Virus record (IMG/VR): IMGVR_UViG_3300028840_003924 | Coordinates: 64,001 to 128,000 of that record | DNA length: 64,000 bases | Reading direction: 5' to 3' (one strand) | DNA from: a virus | Shown: piece after piece, positions 1 to 10,067 of the stretch | Layout: each line of letters opens with the position of its first letter | Numbering within the stretch: the first letter of the stretch is position 1 | Program-made: the position numbers and the translations under genes | The notes under the pieces: model-generated | Seen by the model: only the letters and a program-made list of their open reading frames with translations | Told to the model about the DNA's origin: nothing | Databases searched by the model: none

Positions 1-1339
1 CATGACTGACGCTAACAGTAACGTCAACGTCAACGCTTACACTAACTTCAGCCGAGATGGTGGATGGAATACTGTCAACGACACTGATCACTGATGGCAA
101 GTTGTCAACCACCCTGATTTCGGAGGGGATATTTACGCTCCCAAAGGCGATCTCCGAGGGGATATCCACAGGCCCAAAACTGATTACAGACGGTATATCA
201 ACGGGGCCAAAACTGATAATGGACGGTATGTCAACGGGCCCAAAACTGATTACAGACGGTATATCGAGCGATGGTACGAAACTGATCACAGAGGGAATAT
301 CCAGAGGCGGCACTATGCTGATTACACTGGGGATGTCGCCTATGAGCGAAATCGTAGTTGGTATCTCAGGTGTAATGCTGATAACCGATGGAATCGGCGG
401 AATAATACTGATGACGCTAGGTACGTTAATGTCAATGTTGAAGCTCGGTATTGACACTCCAAAACCGCCTTCGATTTCAATCGGAGGCAAAACAATGGGC
501 GGAAGTGGTGGTGGCTCCGGAATGCTTACCGGTGGTAAATCAAATGGAGGAATGTCGATAGATGGAATCGGAATAATGACATTCTCGTCCGGTGGTGGTA
601 CTTCGGGTTCTAACTCTTCCGTCCGCTGCGCAGCACTCTGAACGATTTCACATGTCGGCGTCTTGACCGTTATAATAGGATCAACACTATTGAATGTCTC
701 GCCCGTAGGGTACAACTTCTGCCCGTCAGCGGCAGTTGATGTTGTGGTCCCGTCTCCAAAGTCAATGCGAAATTCCGAGAACTCACCATCAACATTCACT
801 TGATACTCAATGAGGACGCCTTCGCAGGTGTCTACCGATACTACTTGGTAGGCAAACTGAATCTCGGGGCAACCACCATCATCAGGGCAGTCATCAACAT
901 CCAACTCATCCAAACAACAAATCAGGTTGTCTTCTTCATCACAAACACCACCAAGATATTCCTCCACCTGGATGATCCCCAACGCCAGTTGGTTGTGATG
1001 CTCAGCAATTACATAACTTCGGATATCCGTGTTCTCTATGTTGAATATGGTTTCGTCACCACCAAGATTCCTAACGCAATCCTTGAGAGTGATAACCTTC
1101 CCATATGCATTCTTCTCAACAGAGTCGTAATACAGAAGTTCGCCAGAAATGTTCGCAAAGCCATTGTCTCCCCAAATATCCTCCTGGTCAGAGCGTACCG
1201 GACGTATTGAAATCTCACCAGCCCACGGCTGGTTATCAGCAGTGATTACCGTCTCCGTCGTGTTGTACACGAGGAAGAGCGTGTAGTCGCTGTCGAGTGC
1301 GTCCGGATAAACAGGGACTGGAGGGAAATTAACTGGCAT
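1..1339 (-). CDS. Virion structural protein with PKD-like domain and 11-aa Pro/Ile/Ser repeats (partial, runs off left edge; not in ORF track)
   Basis: Manual translation from ATG at 1339 (GGAG RBS): MPVNFPPVPVYPDALDSDYTLFLVYN...AEHHNQL...IDFGDGTT...(DIPSVISFGPV)n; open to the window edge; N-domain resembles the next two genes. Confidence 0.85.
   Translation of the reverse strand, partial: MPVNFPPVPVYPDALDSDYTLFLVYNTTETVITADNQPWAGEISIRPVRSDQEDIWGDNGFANISGELLYYDSVEKNAYGKVITLKDCVRNLGGDETIFNIENTDIRSYVIAEHHNQLALGIIQVEEYLGGVCDEEDNLICCLDELDVDDCPDDGGCPEIQFAYQVVSVDTCEGVLIEYQVNVDGEFSEFRIDFGDGTTTSTAADGQKLYPTGETFNSVDPIITVKTPTCEIVQSAAQRTEELEPEVPPPDENVIIPIPSIDIPPFDLPPVSIPEPPPLPPIVLPPIEIEGGFGVSIPSFNIDINVPSVISIIPPIPSVISITPEIPTTISLIGDIPSVISIVPPLDIPSVISFVPSLDIPSVISFGPVDIPSIISFGPVDIPSVISFGPVDIPSEIAFGSVNIPSEIRVVDNLPSVISVVDSIPSTISAEVSVSVDVDVTVSVSH
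125..400 (-). repeat. Coding tandem repeat, ~33-nt unit (DIPSVISFGPV)
   Basis: Recurring ggcccaaaactgattacagacggtatatc-like units at 33-nt spacing; degenerate at the flanks. Confidence 0.85.
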
Positions 1340-1370
1340 TTTGCTCCTACTATCTCAACCCGTATGTATG

Positions 1371-3527
1371 CTAAAACACAGTCATAATAAACTGTTCGTT
1401 GCTCGTTGGCCTGCTCCCTAATGAACTAAAGGTCAAGTCAATTTCGTTGAACTTAATGAAGGCATTTGCGCTGTAGTCGTAAGACAAGTACGCTCGACGG
1501 TCTCCATCCGAAGCGGCCCGTAGTGTTTGCGAAGTATCAGCATAGCCATCAATGTTCGCATCCTGTAGTGAACGGAATGAAGCCGCTCCGACACCCGGCC
1601 CCCCTGATGTCCAAACATTCGTGTTGGGGTCATACGCCGAAACCTCACCCGAATTGTTGAATACATACACACCGCCCGAGAGAGGCACCATCTCCATCTC
1701 TGTTCGTGCCGTCCCAGCGATATCGAGTAACTTGCGAACATCCGTGGCCACGTCAGATAGCGTACCTTCTGTCCTGTAGAAGTTCCTAATTCTGAAGAAG
1801 CCGCCAGGACCAGCATCGTTACGAGCGAAGAAACCATTTTCGCCTTGGAAACAACCACGGTACGTCGCAGGTGCCGAATCGGCATACGTCAATAATTCGT
1901 CTGCCCCGTTTATGAAGTTCGAGGCATCATAAGTTGACGTAGTCGTTGTCAGGGTGCTGAGGTTGTGTCGGAATCGCTCCAAGCTAATGTCCGTTGGCGA
2001 ACCCGTAATCGTATCGTGCCCGAAGATAATGTAGATGGCGTCCGGACTACTGAAAGTAAACCAGTTCCAGAACTTCGTCTGCGTCTCCCCGATAGCCAAC
2101 CCAGCGGATGACCACGTTTCGTTGAATGGCTCGAACTGTTTGTAGCGTATAGTTGAGGAGTCTTCAGCCCAGGATAGAATTGCTTGGCCCCTATCTCCCG
2201 AGGCCGTCAAACCCTTCGGAGCCAACCCAGCATTGCGTAAGAAGATATCCCGTTGGTACGTTTGGTTGGGGTAACCCGACATGAACGAGTAGTCCCTTGT
2301 GACGCTAAGCTCTGGCATCACCTCAGATTTGAACGTTTCGCTCGTCAACCCGAACTCGTAAGTCCGAAGGTTCTTCGTGATCGACAATGTTCCCTTCGGT
2401 GAATCAAAAGCTAGGAGCCACAAATTTGTCTGCTCGACTACGTTTACGGCATCCTCCAGCGTAGTAATTCGGTAGGCACCTAACTCCGTATCCACCCTCA
2501 AAACAACATCATAGATACCCCCGACAGAATATAAGGCGGTCGTGAGTGGTGCGCTTTGGTGGGTTAGGTCATCGTTCAATATCCAGGTGTATTCCACAAC
2601 TGGGTCTTCCGTTTGTTCGCCATTATCGGTAGCTTCGATGTTAACCACAGTGTCCGTGCGAACCTTCGTCGGAGCTACGAGGAAACTGGCTTCATCAGGC
2701 GCAGGCGCTCTAGCTGTAAAGAACTCGGGGAGTGTCACCGTATCTCGACCGAATGGGTTTCCAACGGTCAATGTCACGTCATACTTACCCGGTGTGAAAT
2801 AGGTGTGCGTGGCCCGTCGATCATCCTCTGATGGGTCTTGAAGTGTGGCACAAGGCACAGCGCCGACAGCAATCGGCGTTAAAGTGGGTGTCGGCGATGT
2901 AGATACCGATATTCCCGATATTGAAGGACCAGAGATCACACCACCGCCGTCCCCAAAGTCCCACACCCAGGATGTTGGGTAGCGAAAGCTTACATCTGTG
3001 AAGTTGACGGTCGCTGGCACAATACCGATTGTCTTATCGGCTGTGAACCACGCCCGTGGTGTTAACACTAACCGCCTAAGGAAGTTCAACCGCCCGGTAA
3101 GAGTGTCGCCGTATGGCAATACATCAATTTGGCCCTTCACGCCAACAAACTCTTCAATAGCAATGAGGGCGTCTTTGATGGAATTGTGGTGGTCTGCGTA
3201 GACATTCATCGTCACATTTGTGAAACCTTTGAGCTTCGTCACGTCCTCAAAATTTGGCATGATTTCAAGGCTGTCGAAAGTGGTATCCGTATGTGAGCCG
3301 TAATAGAAGGACGTTCCCCTTACCTCCGGTTCGTTACACTGTTCGGTTAGGGTAATGATGCCGGTAGGCGGGAATCTATCCATAACGCCCGGATCAGCGG
3401 AAACGGTAATAGATGTGTCACCAGGGTTGTAGTCCTCTATGAGAACTGCTCGTAGAGAATCATGAACGACAAACAGATTGTCGTCAGTATCGAGTACTTC
3501 GGGATATGTCGTACCTGAGGGAATCAT
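1371..3527 (-). CDS. PKD-domain virion protein (718 aa)
   Basis: WVWDFGDG, HTYFTPGKYDVTLTV PKD motifs; shared N-domain ADHHNSIKDALIAIEEFVG; beta-rich C-terminus. Confidence 0.8.
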   Translation of the reverse strand: MIPSGTTYPEVLDTDDNLFVVHDSLRAVLIEDYNPGDTSITVSADPGVMDRFPPTGIITLTEQCNEPEVRGTSFYYGSHTDTTFDSLEIMPNFEDVTKLKGFTNVTMNVYADHHNSIKDALIAIEEFVGVKGQIDVLPYGDTLTGRLNFLRRLVLTPRAWFTADKTIGIVPATVNFTDVSFRYPTSWVWDFGDGGGVISGPSISGISVSTSPTPTLTPIAVGAVPCATLQDPSEDDRRATHTYFTPGKYDVTLTVGNPFGRDTVTLPEFFTARAPAPDEASFLVAPTKVRTDTVVNIEATDNGEQTEDPVVEYTWILNDDLTHQSAPLTTALYSVGGIYDVVLRVDTELGAYRITTLEDAVNVVEQTNLWLLAFDSPKGTLSITKNLRTYEFGLTSETFKSEVMPELSVTRDYSFMSGYPNQTYQRDIFLRNAGLAPKGLTASGDRGQAILSWAEDSSTIRYKQFEPFNETWSSAGLAIGETQTKFWNWFTFSSPDAIYIIFGHDTITGSPTDISLERFRHNLSTLTTTTSTYDASNFINGADELLTYADSAPATYRGCFQGENGFFARNDAGPGGFFRIRNFYRTEGTLSDVATDVRKLLDIAGTARTEMEMVPLSGGVYVFNNSGEVSAYDPNTNVWTSGGPGVGAASFRSLQDANIDGYADTSQTLRAASDGDRRAYLSYDYSANAFIKFNEIDLTFSSLGSRPTSNEQFIMTVF

Positions 3528-4492
3528 TAAGTCACCACAATTTCATAGTCCACCGTTACCAACTGAATACTCTGATCGGCAAAAACCACAAGCACGCTGG
3601 GTTTGTAGGCACCTGCGGCAGAATACGTGTGTGTCGTTGAGTGGATGTTTGGATTCTCGAAAGTCTCTTGATTGCCATCGCCAAAGTTCCAGTGACGCAC
3701 GATAATGTCTCCATCCGTTTGGTCGACAAAATTGAATACTGTTGAAGTAGTGCCCATTTCGGGCGTTACGTAGAAAAAGCCAGGGGTCTTCGTGTTATCG
3801 ATTTGGATATAGTCCAATTTGTTGGTAACGCACTGTCCGCCTAATGAAGTTACAATGCGAAGCTGAACGCTAAAGTTCCCTTCGGAATTGTATGTATGTG
3901 TCGGGTTCCTTTCCGTCGACGTGCCGCCATCACCAAAGTCCCAAAGGTAACGAATCGCATCGGTGGTCGAAAAGTTCTGAAAGCGGACCTTCATCGGACT
4001 CGACCCCCGTCGAGGCCAAGCTCGGAAAAGGGCTCGGGGAGAAAGGAATTTTGCCTCCAAAGTGGTCAGCCGATGGTTATATGAACCCTCAGCAGGGTCG
4101 TCACTTGTTCCCAAGTAGTTCTCAATGTTCAGAATGGCATCCTTGATAGCGTTATGATGCTCAGCCATCACGGCGTTACCAACAGACGTACCAATGGACC
4201 AACTGTTCTGTCTGGACCCCGCAAAGCCTCGCTTCAAGTCTTTGAAGACCCCAGTAGTCTTCTCTCCATAGTACATAAGCTCGTCACCCACCCGTAACAA
4301 ACCCTTGTCAGGAAACTTACTCGTGTCACCAACTACCAAGTAACTCCCATTGTACGTTAAGCTTTGCGTCAGTTCGGTCTCAGCATTATTACGAACCGCA
4401 TATAACTCATCGGTGCTGTCGATTGCTTCTGGAAAGACGGATAAATCGCCCGTTACATACCCATCATCCAAGCTGCTCAGTCTGTCGGCCAT
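3527..4492 (-). CDS. Tandem PKD-domain virion protein
   Basis: YLWDFGDG...NPTHTY and WNFGDG...THTY; N-domain AEHHNAIKDAILNIENYLG; ATG at 4492. Confidence 0.8.
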   Translation of the reverse strand: MADRLSSLDDGYVTGDLSVFPEAIDSTDELYAVRNNAETELTQSLTYNGSYLVVGDTSKFPDKGLLRVGDELMYYGEKTTGVFKDLKRGFAGSRQNSWSIGTSVGNAVMAEHHNAIKDAILNIENYLGTSDDPAEGSYNHRLTTLEAKFLSPRALFRAWPRRGSSPMKVRFQNFSTTDAIRYLWDFGDGGTSTERNPTHTYNSEGNFSVQLRIVTSLGGQCVTNKLDYIQIDNTKTPGFFYVTPEMGTTSTVFNFVDQTDGDIIVRHWNFGDGNQETFENPNIHSTTHTYSAAGAYKPSVLVVFADQSIQLVTVDYEIVVT

Positions 4493-5150
4493 CTTCAATT
4501 TCTCCCTGTGTATCTACGTCCGCCTCGGTGTTTTCCCGATTACCAAGTGCTTCTTGGCGGTGTTTGATCAGTTGTCGGATGGTGTCTTTGACCGGGAGCC
4601 CCTCTGGCATGGCATAGATACTCTTGAGGACCTCTGGTTCTGGCGGATTACCTAACAGAAGGCGGGTCTCGATCTCCTGCGTCAGTCGGGCATTCCAATA
4701 CTCACCCTGCACTTCCAAAGAATCCCAGTCTTTCGGCTCCTCGATCTCACATAGTTTCTCAAAGAGGCCGATAAGGAAGTTCGCCTCCTCCTCTTTCCCA
4801 CGAAGCTTCTGTTTGAAGTCCTCGATCTGGTAGTCGATAACCTTCATCTTGCGTCGAGCATTCCGAATATTGATCTGCTCGACCTCATTCAACTGATCTG
4901 GATGCCGGTTCTGCTTGATCTCCTCGATCCGCAACTCTTCGATACGGTAGTTGTCGTAAGATTCTTCAATCATCGTTAGAAACGATTCAATCTCATCTTT
5001 CCTTACAATCAACTCATTCTTACAAGCCTGCATTTTCGACTGCACGGTTGGTTCTTTTCCAATCACGAAGTATTGAAGTTGAAAGAAGCTATGACGCTGA
5101 CGACGACCCTCCGGGGCTAGCTCGTCGATTTTCTTGGACAATTCATTCAT
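4464..5150 (-). CDS. Hypothetical coiled-coil protein
   Basis: 228-aa ORF with AGGAG RBS, charged and helical. Confidence 0.7.
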   Translation of the reverse strand: MNELSKKIDELAPEGRRQRHSFFQLQYFVIGKEPTVQSKMQACKNELIVRKDEIESFLTMIEESYDNYRIEELRIEEIKQNRHPDQLNEVEQINIRNARRKMKVIDYQIEDFKQKLRGKEEEANFLIGLFEKLCEIEEPKDWDSLEVQGEYWNARLTQEIETRLLLGNPPEPEVLKSIYAMPEGLPVKDTIRQLIKHRQEALGNRENTEADVDTQGEIEDGRQTEQLG

Positions 5151-5199
5151 GTTTACTCCTTGTTATGCCGATATACCTATTAGAGGAACTAGTGACAAA

Positions 5200-6027
5200 A
5201 TGGCATATAAAAAGAAACCAATCCCTACAGGGGTGAAATACCATAAACTCACGGTTATCAGTGAAGTCGAGAATACACGAGGTGACAAGAAACGATATGT
5301 CGCTGTGGAATGTGAATGCGGATCAACCAAAGTAGTTAGATGGGATATGCTCAAATCTGGCGGAACAAAATCATGCGGCTGCCTTGTTTCCAAGAACGCT
5401 AAACGACAAGCAAGAGGGATGGCTTTAGCTAGCGCCCAAAAACGACAATCGCACAATATTGCCTCCTGCCTAGGTAAGAAGTATCACAAGCTCACCATTA
5501 TTGCCCCTTACAAACATCCGAAACAAAAGTGTAGTTGGGGTGTTGTGCAATGCGACTGTGGAACGATTTTCAAAGCTAACCTTGCCAGAGTTAAGCATGG
5601 CCGACTCAAATCGTGCGGTTGTTTGGCATATGATAACGCCATCGATTACGTTAGTGAGGTGGATGGAGAACAACTCAAATGCTTCGGCGGTCGTGGCGGC
5701 TACCAACGAATCTCATCCGGAAAAAACAATGGTCGCTCTCTCATCCACAGACACGAAGCAGACAAGGTATACGAGCGGATTTACGGCACTAATTTACCCA
5801 ACAAGGCATGCGTTCATCATATCGACTCCGTGACAAGTAACAATCGCCTCGATAACTTATGCGTGTTTGAGGGTAATGGTGAACATAAAAGGTATCACAG
5901 AGCATTTGATAAGGCCGCTTACCAATTCCTGAGAGACAATGAGCTTTTGGATGATTTCTACAACCGTTTTCCCGATTTGCAACCCCGTACTTTGAGAGAC
6001 ATGTTAAATGACAGTAAACAAAAATGA
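5200..6027 (+). CDS. HNH homing endonuclease with two CxCG...KSCGC repeats
   Basis: CECG..TKSCGC and CDCG..LKSCGC, then IHRH...VHHIDSVTSNNRLDNL; GAGG RBS before ATG 5200. Confidence 0.85.
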   Translation: MAYKKKPIPTGVKYHKLTVISEVENTRGDKKRYVAVECECGSTKVVRWDMLKSGGTKSCGCLVSKNAKRQARGMALASAQKRQSHNIASCLGKKYHKLTIIAPYKHPKQKCSWGVVQCDCGTIFKANLARVKHGRLKSCGCLAYDNAIDYVSEVDGEQLKCFGGRGGYQRISSGKNNGRSLIHRHEADKVYERIYGTNLPNKACVHHIDSVTSNNRLDNLCVFEGNGEHKRYHRAFDKAAYQFLRDNELLDDFYNRFPDLQPRTLRDMLNDSKQK

Positions 6028-6559
6028 TAAGGTAAACGAAACGGGGGCATTGAAAGGTGCGAAAATGTACCTATCACTGCCCATTGAGCACACTAACGAG
6101 GGTGATAACGATTGGCGACCAGAAGTCAAACACCACTTGACAGAAAGTTTTGGGATTGATGTCTTTGATCCTCTGGCCGACGAAAAGCAGAAGCGAGCTA
6201 CGGTGCTTAGGGCGGCGATGGAAAAGGAAGATTTCGATCAGGTAGAAGAAATTGCAACCGCTTTTGTTAAAAAGGACCTAGGAAAGATTGATAGAAGCGA
6301 CTTCTTAATTGCCTACAACCCAAAGGGTGTGCCTACGACTGGCGTACCCTGTGAGGTTCACCACGCCGTTCAACTGAAAAAACCAGTCATGATTGTTTGC
6401 CCAGACGGCAAGCGGGCGGCGTCACTTTGGTACTGGGGTTATATTCGACACGAGTACATCTTTGGATCGTGGGCAGATTTGTACGAATATTTGGAAGAAG
6501 TTGATCAGTTTAAGCATCGTGACAATCACCGGTGGTGGTTCGTTTACAGAATGGTGTAG
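6008..6559 (+). CDS. Nucleoside 2-deoxyribosyltransferase-like / nucleotide N-hydrolase
   Basis: YLSLPI, DLGKIDRSDFLIAY, TTGVPCEVHHAVQLKKPV match the NDT-fold pattern. Confidence 0.75.
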   Translation: MTVNKNDKVNETGALKGAKMYLSLPIEHTNEGDNDWRPEVKHHLTESFGIDVFDPLADEKQKRATVLRAAMEKEDFDQVEEIATAFVKKDLGKIDRSDFLIAYNPKGVPTTGVPCEVHHAVQLKKPVMIVCPDGKRAASLWYWGYIRHEYIFGSWADLYEYLEEVDQFKHRDNHRWWFVYRMV

Positions 6560-6571
6560 GATAATCACACC

Positions 6572-6853
6572 ATGAAACTACCCAAGAAACCACCACGACC
6601 CTACACCCAATGCAAACTCTGCAAAGGGAATGCACAGGAAATGGTCTACATCCCTAAGAAGTTCGCCAAGAAAGACAACGTCCTCAAGATCAAGAGGAAC
6701 GGTGTCTGGGATGACCACTGGGTTGTCACTGAGGTCCACGGAGAAGTCGACGAAACCGTCTTAGATGGTATTCGTCGACTTTGGAAGAAACACCGGCAGC
6801 ATACAGATGTTGTCAAAGGCACATTTAAGAAGCCAGAAGGAGAAGAAGAATGA
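6572..6853 (+). CDS. Hypothetical basic protein
   Basis: 93-aa ORF in operon-like spacing. Confidence 0.6.
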   Translation: MKLPKKPPRPYTQCKLCKGNAQEMVYIPKKFAKKDNVLKIKRNGVWDDHWVVTEVHGEVDETVLDGIRRLWKKHRQHTDVVKGTFKKPEGEEE

Positions 6854-7170
6854 TGTTCAAAAATATCATGTACTTCGTAGTGACACTTGCCGCAGCTATT
6901 TGCTTGATGATATACGTGCTTAAAGCCTTTGACGGCACCACAACCATCCAACTTCCAGGTGAGATTCCTCAGTACTGGCATAGGCAAGACGAGCGAACCA
7001 TCATTATCATCGGCCACGACCCCGAGATGCATAATTCTCTCACCGGATGTATCGCCCCAGGTCGCAAACACGGTCATTGGAGAATCTATACATTCCGAGA
7101 TCAAGAGGCGTATGAGAGGGTTGCTGATCACGCTAAGACGGCGGTCCACAAAGCCTTCCCCTCAGAATAG
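6850..7170 (+). CDS. Hypothetical membrane-anchored protein
   Basis: N-terminal hydrophobic helix; ATGA overlap with the upstream gene. Confidence 0.6.
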   Translation: MMFKNIMYFVVTLAAAICLMIYVLKAFDGTTTIQLPGEIPQYWHRQDERTIIIIGHDPEMHNSLTGCIAPGRKHGHWRIYTFRDQEAYERVADHAKTAVHKAFPSE

Positions 7171-7193
7171 CCATATCTCTACTTTACTAAGGT

Positions 7194-7961
7194 ATGAAAT
7201 GGGTTAATGAGCTATATGAGGGCGACTGCGTTGAACTGATGATCCGGATGCCAAAAGATCATGTCGATCTGGCAATCACATCGCCGCCATATGACGATCT
7301 TCGTTCTTATCATAACAATCTTCACGTACCCACCGTCGCCTTCTGTCTCCATCGAGTTCTAAAGCCGGGCGGTATCGTTGTATGGGTTACCGGAGACAAG
7401 ACACACAAGGGAAGTGAAACGCTCTCTTCCTTCAAGCATGCCATTGCTTTCAAAGAAGCTGGTTTCAATGTTCATGACACCATGATCTATGCGAAAGAAA
7501 ATCCAATCCCCATGAATCATAATCGCTACGAACAGGTCTTCGAGTACATGTTCGTCTTCGCAAAAGGGAAACCCAAGACTTTCAATCCTATCCGCACCCC
7601 AATCACATCTCCCCGCCCGGAGCAGCAGGATGTACACCATACTAAGAATTACCAACGTGGAAACAAGAAGAGGGGTCACAATACCACCAAGATTAAGGGT
7701 AACATCTGGAGTTACAAAGTAGGGCTGCATTGCTCCACAAAGGACGTTGAAGCCTTCCAACACCCCGCAATTTTCCCAGACCAACTGGCCGAAGATCACA
7801 TTTTGTCATGGACAGAGCCGGGCGACCTCGTGCTTGATCCCATGTGCGGCAGCGGCACTTCCTGCAAAATGGCCGTAAAACACGGGCGAAAGTACCTCGG
7901 ATTCGATATTGAGTCTCGCTTTGTCGAGTTGGCAAGGCAGCGAATTTTATCCGTAAAGTGA
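7194..7961 (+). CDS. Beta-class N4-cytosine/N6-adenine DNA methyltransferase
   Basis: GDC, ITSPPY, RVLKPGG, HPAIFP, VLDPMCGSGT motifs. Confidence 0.92.
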   Translation: MKWVNELYEGDCVELMIRMPKDHVDLAITSPPYDDLRSYHNNLHVPTVAFCLHRVLKPGGIVVWVTGDKTHKGSETLSSFKHAIAFKEAGFNVHDTMIYAKENPIPMNHNRYEQVFEYMFVFAKGKPKTFNPIRTPITSPRPEQQDVHHTKNYQRGNKKRGHNTTKIKGNIWSYKVGLHCSTKDVEAFQHPAIFPDQLAEDHILSWTEPGDLVLDPMCGSGTSCKMAVKHGRKYLGFDIESRFVELARQRILSVK

Positions 7962-8076
7962 TTTGCGCCGAAATTGCTATTGTGGCAAATTTGATTTTTG
8001 GATACAACAGAGCATAGTAACTTTTTATCCAACGGAGCCACAATGGGCTCTTCCACTCTTTTAGGAGGACCGTTGC

Positions 8077-9387
8077 ATGTCCAAAACAGCACGTTCAGCA
8101 GGTCGAAGTACGAGGAGCAAACAGAAGTCACACATTTTGAAGATCGCTCAAAAGCGGGCCAAAGTTAGAGTCGTATCACCACAGCCAATGGATTTAGCAG
8201 ACATTTCGTCGGCGGACCTCAAATCCTTGGACGCTACAAGCAAAGTCTTGGAGTTCTTGGGAGGCGAACCCGTTGAGAGCAAAACGGTACAAGTTCCTGT
8301 CGACAAATTGGTCGTCAAAACGGATAACCCACGAACCATTTGTCTGTGTGCCGACGACAAGCCCGCAACGGAAGCGGAAATCAAAAATCTTCTGCTCAAT
8401 CACGATGTTGCAAACCTTATACTACAACTGGCCCACAATGGTGGACTTCCCGAACCGATTGTCGGTGTTGCCGAGAAGAAAGGCAAAGTCTCTGTTCTGG
8501 ACGGTAACCGGCGAGCAGTTGCCTCCAAAGTCCTTCTTGGTCAAATTCCCATCCCAAATGAGTGGCCAAAAGGGATTCGAGAAGAAATTGAGGAAGCAAA
8601 AAAGAATGGCTTTCCTCCGAAGGTTCCGGTGAAGGTTTTCACAAAAATTACCCGATTTCAACAACAAGCCTTCTTGGCAATCAAGCATTGTTCGGGTGAC
8701 CGCAAGTGGCCATCTATCGCAAAGGGGGGATTTGCTTACAACATCCTTTGCGAGAGGAGCAAGATGAAGCTCACTTGTAACAAGATCGCCGATCTACGCA
8801 CAATCTGGTCGGAACTTAAGAAAACAAGCCAAGAACAGCTAAAAGCCATTGCTTTGATCTGCGGTACACAAGTCAGTTGCTTGCGGAACTATATCATGGC
8901 CTATGTCGCCAATAGCCTGTACTGTGGAATGTTCAAGGTGGACGACCAACGGGAGCGATTCACCTATTTCGCCAAATTCTACGGCTGGAAATGGGCCCGA
9001 GATATGGCCGAGGGTAAGCAACCCACTATGCGAGACAACGGAGAAACCGTGGACATCCTCGCACCCGACCCAGAAATCGAAGCGAAATTCATGGATTGGA
9101 TCGCTCGAAAGATTATCACGGATTGCTGCCAAGTCGACATTCTGGATACAATTCTCGGCGACGAGCGACTGGTGAAGGAGATGGAAGAAAACGGCATGGC
9201 CAAAGCTTGGGACCTCTACAAACGTGTTCGGGAACCAGCCGTCATCTATGATGATGCCATTGCGTGTATTGAAAATCTCACACCAACAGCTATCAAGGCA
9301 AAGGACGCAAAGGATATGCGTACCAGCCTGAAATTGCTCAAAGAAACGATCAGAGCTTTTGAGAAAAAGCTTGGGAAGCCACTTTAA
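8077..9387 (+). CDS. ParB/sulfiredoxin-like N-domain protein
   Basis: DNPR, GLPEPIV, VLDGNRRA; H...W motif downstream; GGAGG RBS. Confidence 0.7.
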   Translation: MSKTARSAGRSTRSKQKSHILKIAQKRAKVRVVSPQPMDLADISSADLKSLDATSKVLEFLGGEPVESKTVQVPVDKLVVKTDNPRTICLCADDKPATEAEIKNLLLNHDVANLILQLAHNGGLPEPIVGVAEKKGKVSVLDGNRRAVASKVLLGQIPIPNEWPKGIREEIEEAKKNGFPPKVPVKVFTKITRFQQQAFLAIKHCSGDRKWPSIAKGGFAYNILCERSKMKLTCNKIADLRTIWSELKKTSQEQLKAIALICGTQVSCLRNYIMAYVANSLYCGMFKVDDQRERFTYFAKFYGWKWARDMAEGKQPTMRDNGETVDILAPDPEIEAKFMDWIARKIITDCCQVDILDTILGDERLVKEMEENGMAKAWDLYKRVREPAVIYDDAIACIENLTPTAIKAKDAKDMRTSLKLLKETIRAFEKKLGKPL

Positions 9388-9446
9388 CCTACGAGAGGGG
9401 CTACTCAATACCCCCTCAGAACCCCTGAGAGCCACTGTAGCGCAAA

Positions 9447-9486
9447 ACAACCGCCCACAGGACTCTTGAGTCCTGTGGGCGGTTGT
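9447..9486. terminator. 19-bp perfect inverted repeat between convergent genes
   Basis: ACAACCGCCCACAGGACTC-TT-GAGTCCTGTGGGCGGTTGT. Confidence 0.75.
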
Positions 9487-9511
9487 GGCTCTATACGGGC
9501 CTCTCAGGGTC

Positions 9512-10042
9512 TCACATGACCTTTACTCCATGAATGGCTTTGAACTTATAACCTCTCTCCACAGCTTCATAAGCCCACTTGAGTTTGACCTTCTCTAGGT
9601 CTTCGCTCACCTCGTCCATCTTACCGATTTCCTTGATCGCTTTCTTGTGCAGCAGGATGCCGTTCATCGAGCCTTCATAAAACGTCACCCTACCGTCTAC
9701 GATGGGGAAGAGGATGTCCTTTTCGTTATCCACAAAGACCACATATCGGCGGTAGAACAGCGGGCGTATGAAGGAACCGGCGAAGATGACAAAATTCCAA
9801 TCACATCCGGTCTTTTCCAATCCTTTATTGATGAGGGAGGTGTAGGTGCTGCCACCCCGGATGGTCTTGCAGACCTCTTTCATCTCATCGAGTTCTGCCT
9901 TCTTCGTCTCTTTGGGAACGACGCATAAGCAAGGAACGTCGTGGTACTTGCCAATAGACCTAATGGTGCCACGAAGACCATTGATATTTCGCTCCGGACA
10001 GAGGATTACGAACCCAAAGTCCAGCTTCTTGACTTCATACAT
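9512..10042 (-). CDS. Degenerate GT-A/family 2 glycosyltransferase-like protein
   Basis: FVILCPERN..LRGTIRSI and SLINKGLEKTGCDWNFVIFAG resemble GT2 motifs; DxD absent. Confidence 0.45.
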   Translation of the reverse strand: MYEVKKLDFGFVILCPERNINGLRGTIRSIGKYHDVPCLCVVPKETKKAELDEMKEVCKTIRGGSTYTSLINKGLEKTGCDWNFVIFAGSFIRPLFYRRYVVFVDNEKDILFPIVDGRVTFYEGSMNGILLHKKAIKEIGKMDEVSEDLEKVKLKWAYEAVERGYKFKAIHGVKVM

Positions 10043-10067
10043 ATCTTTACTCGTTCTAAGCGGGTGC

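Noticed and set aside
125-400. 33-nt periodic repeats as a possible CRISPR array
   Set aside because: In-frame coding repeats with no unique spacers and no cas genes
57-641. 194-aa plus-strand ORF with TGPKLITDG repeats
   Set aside because: Antisense shadow of the repeat region of the minus-strand gene starting at 1339
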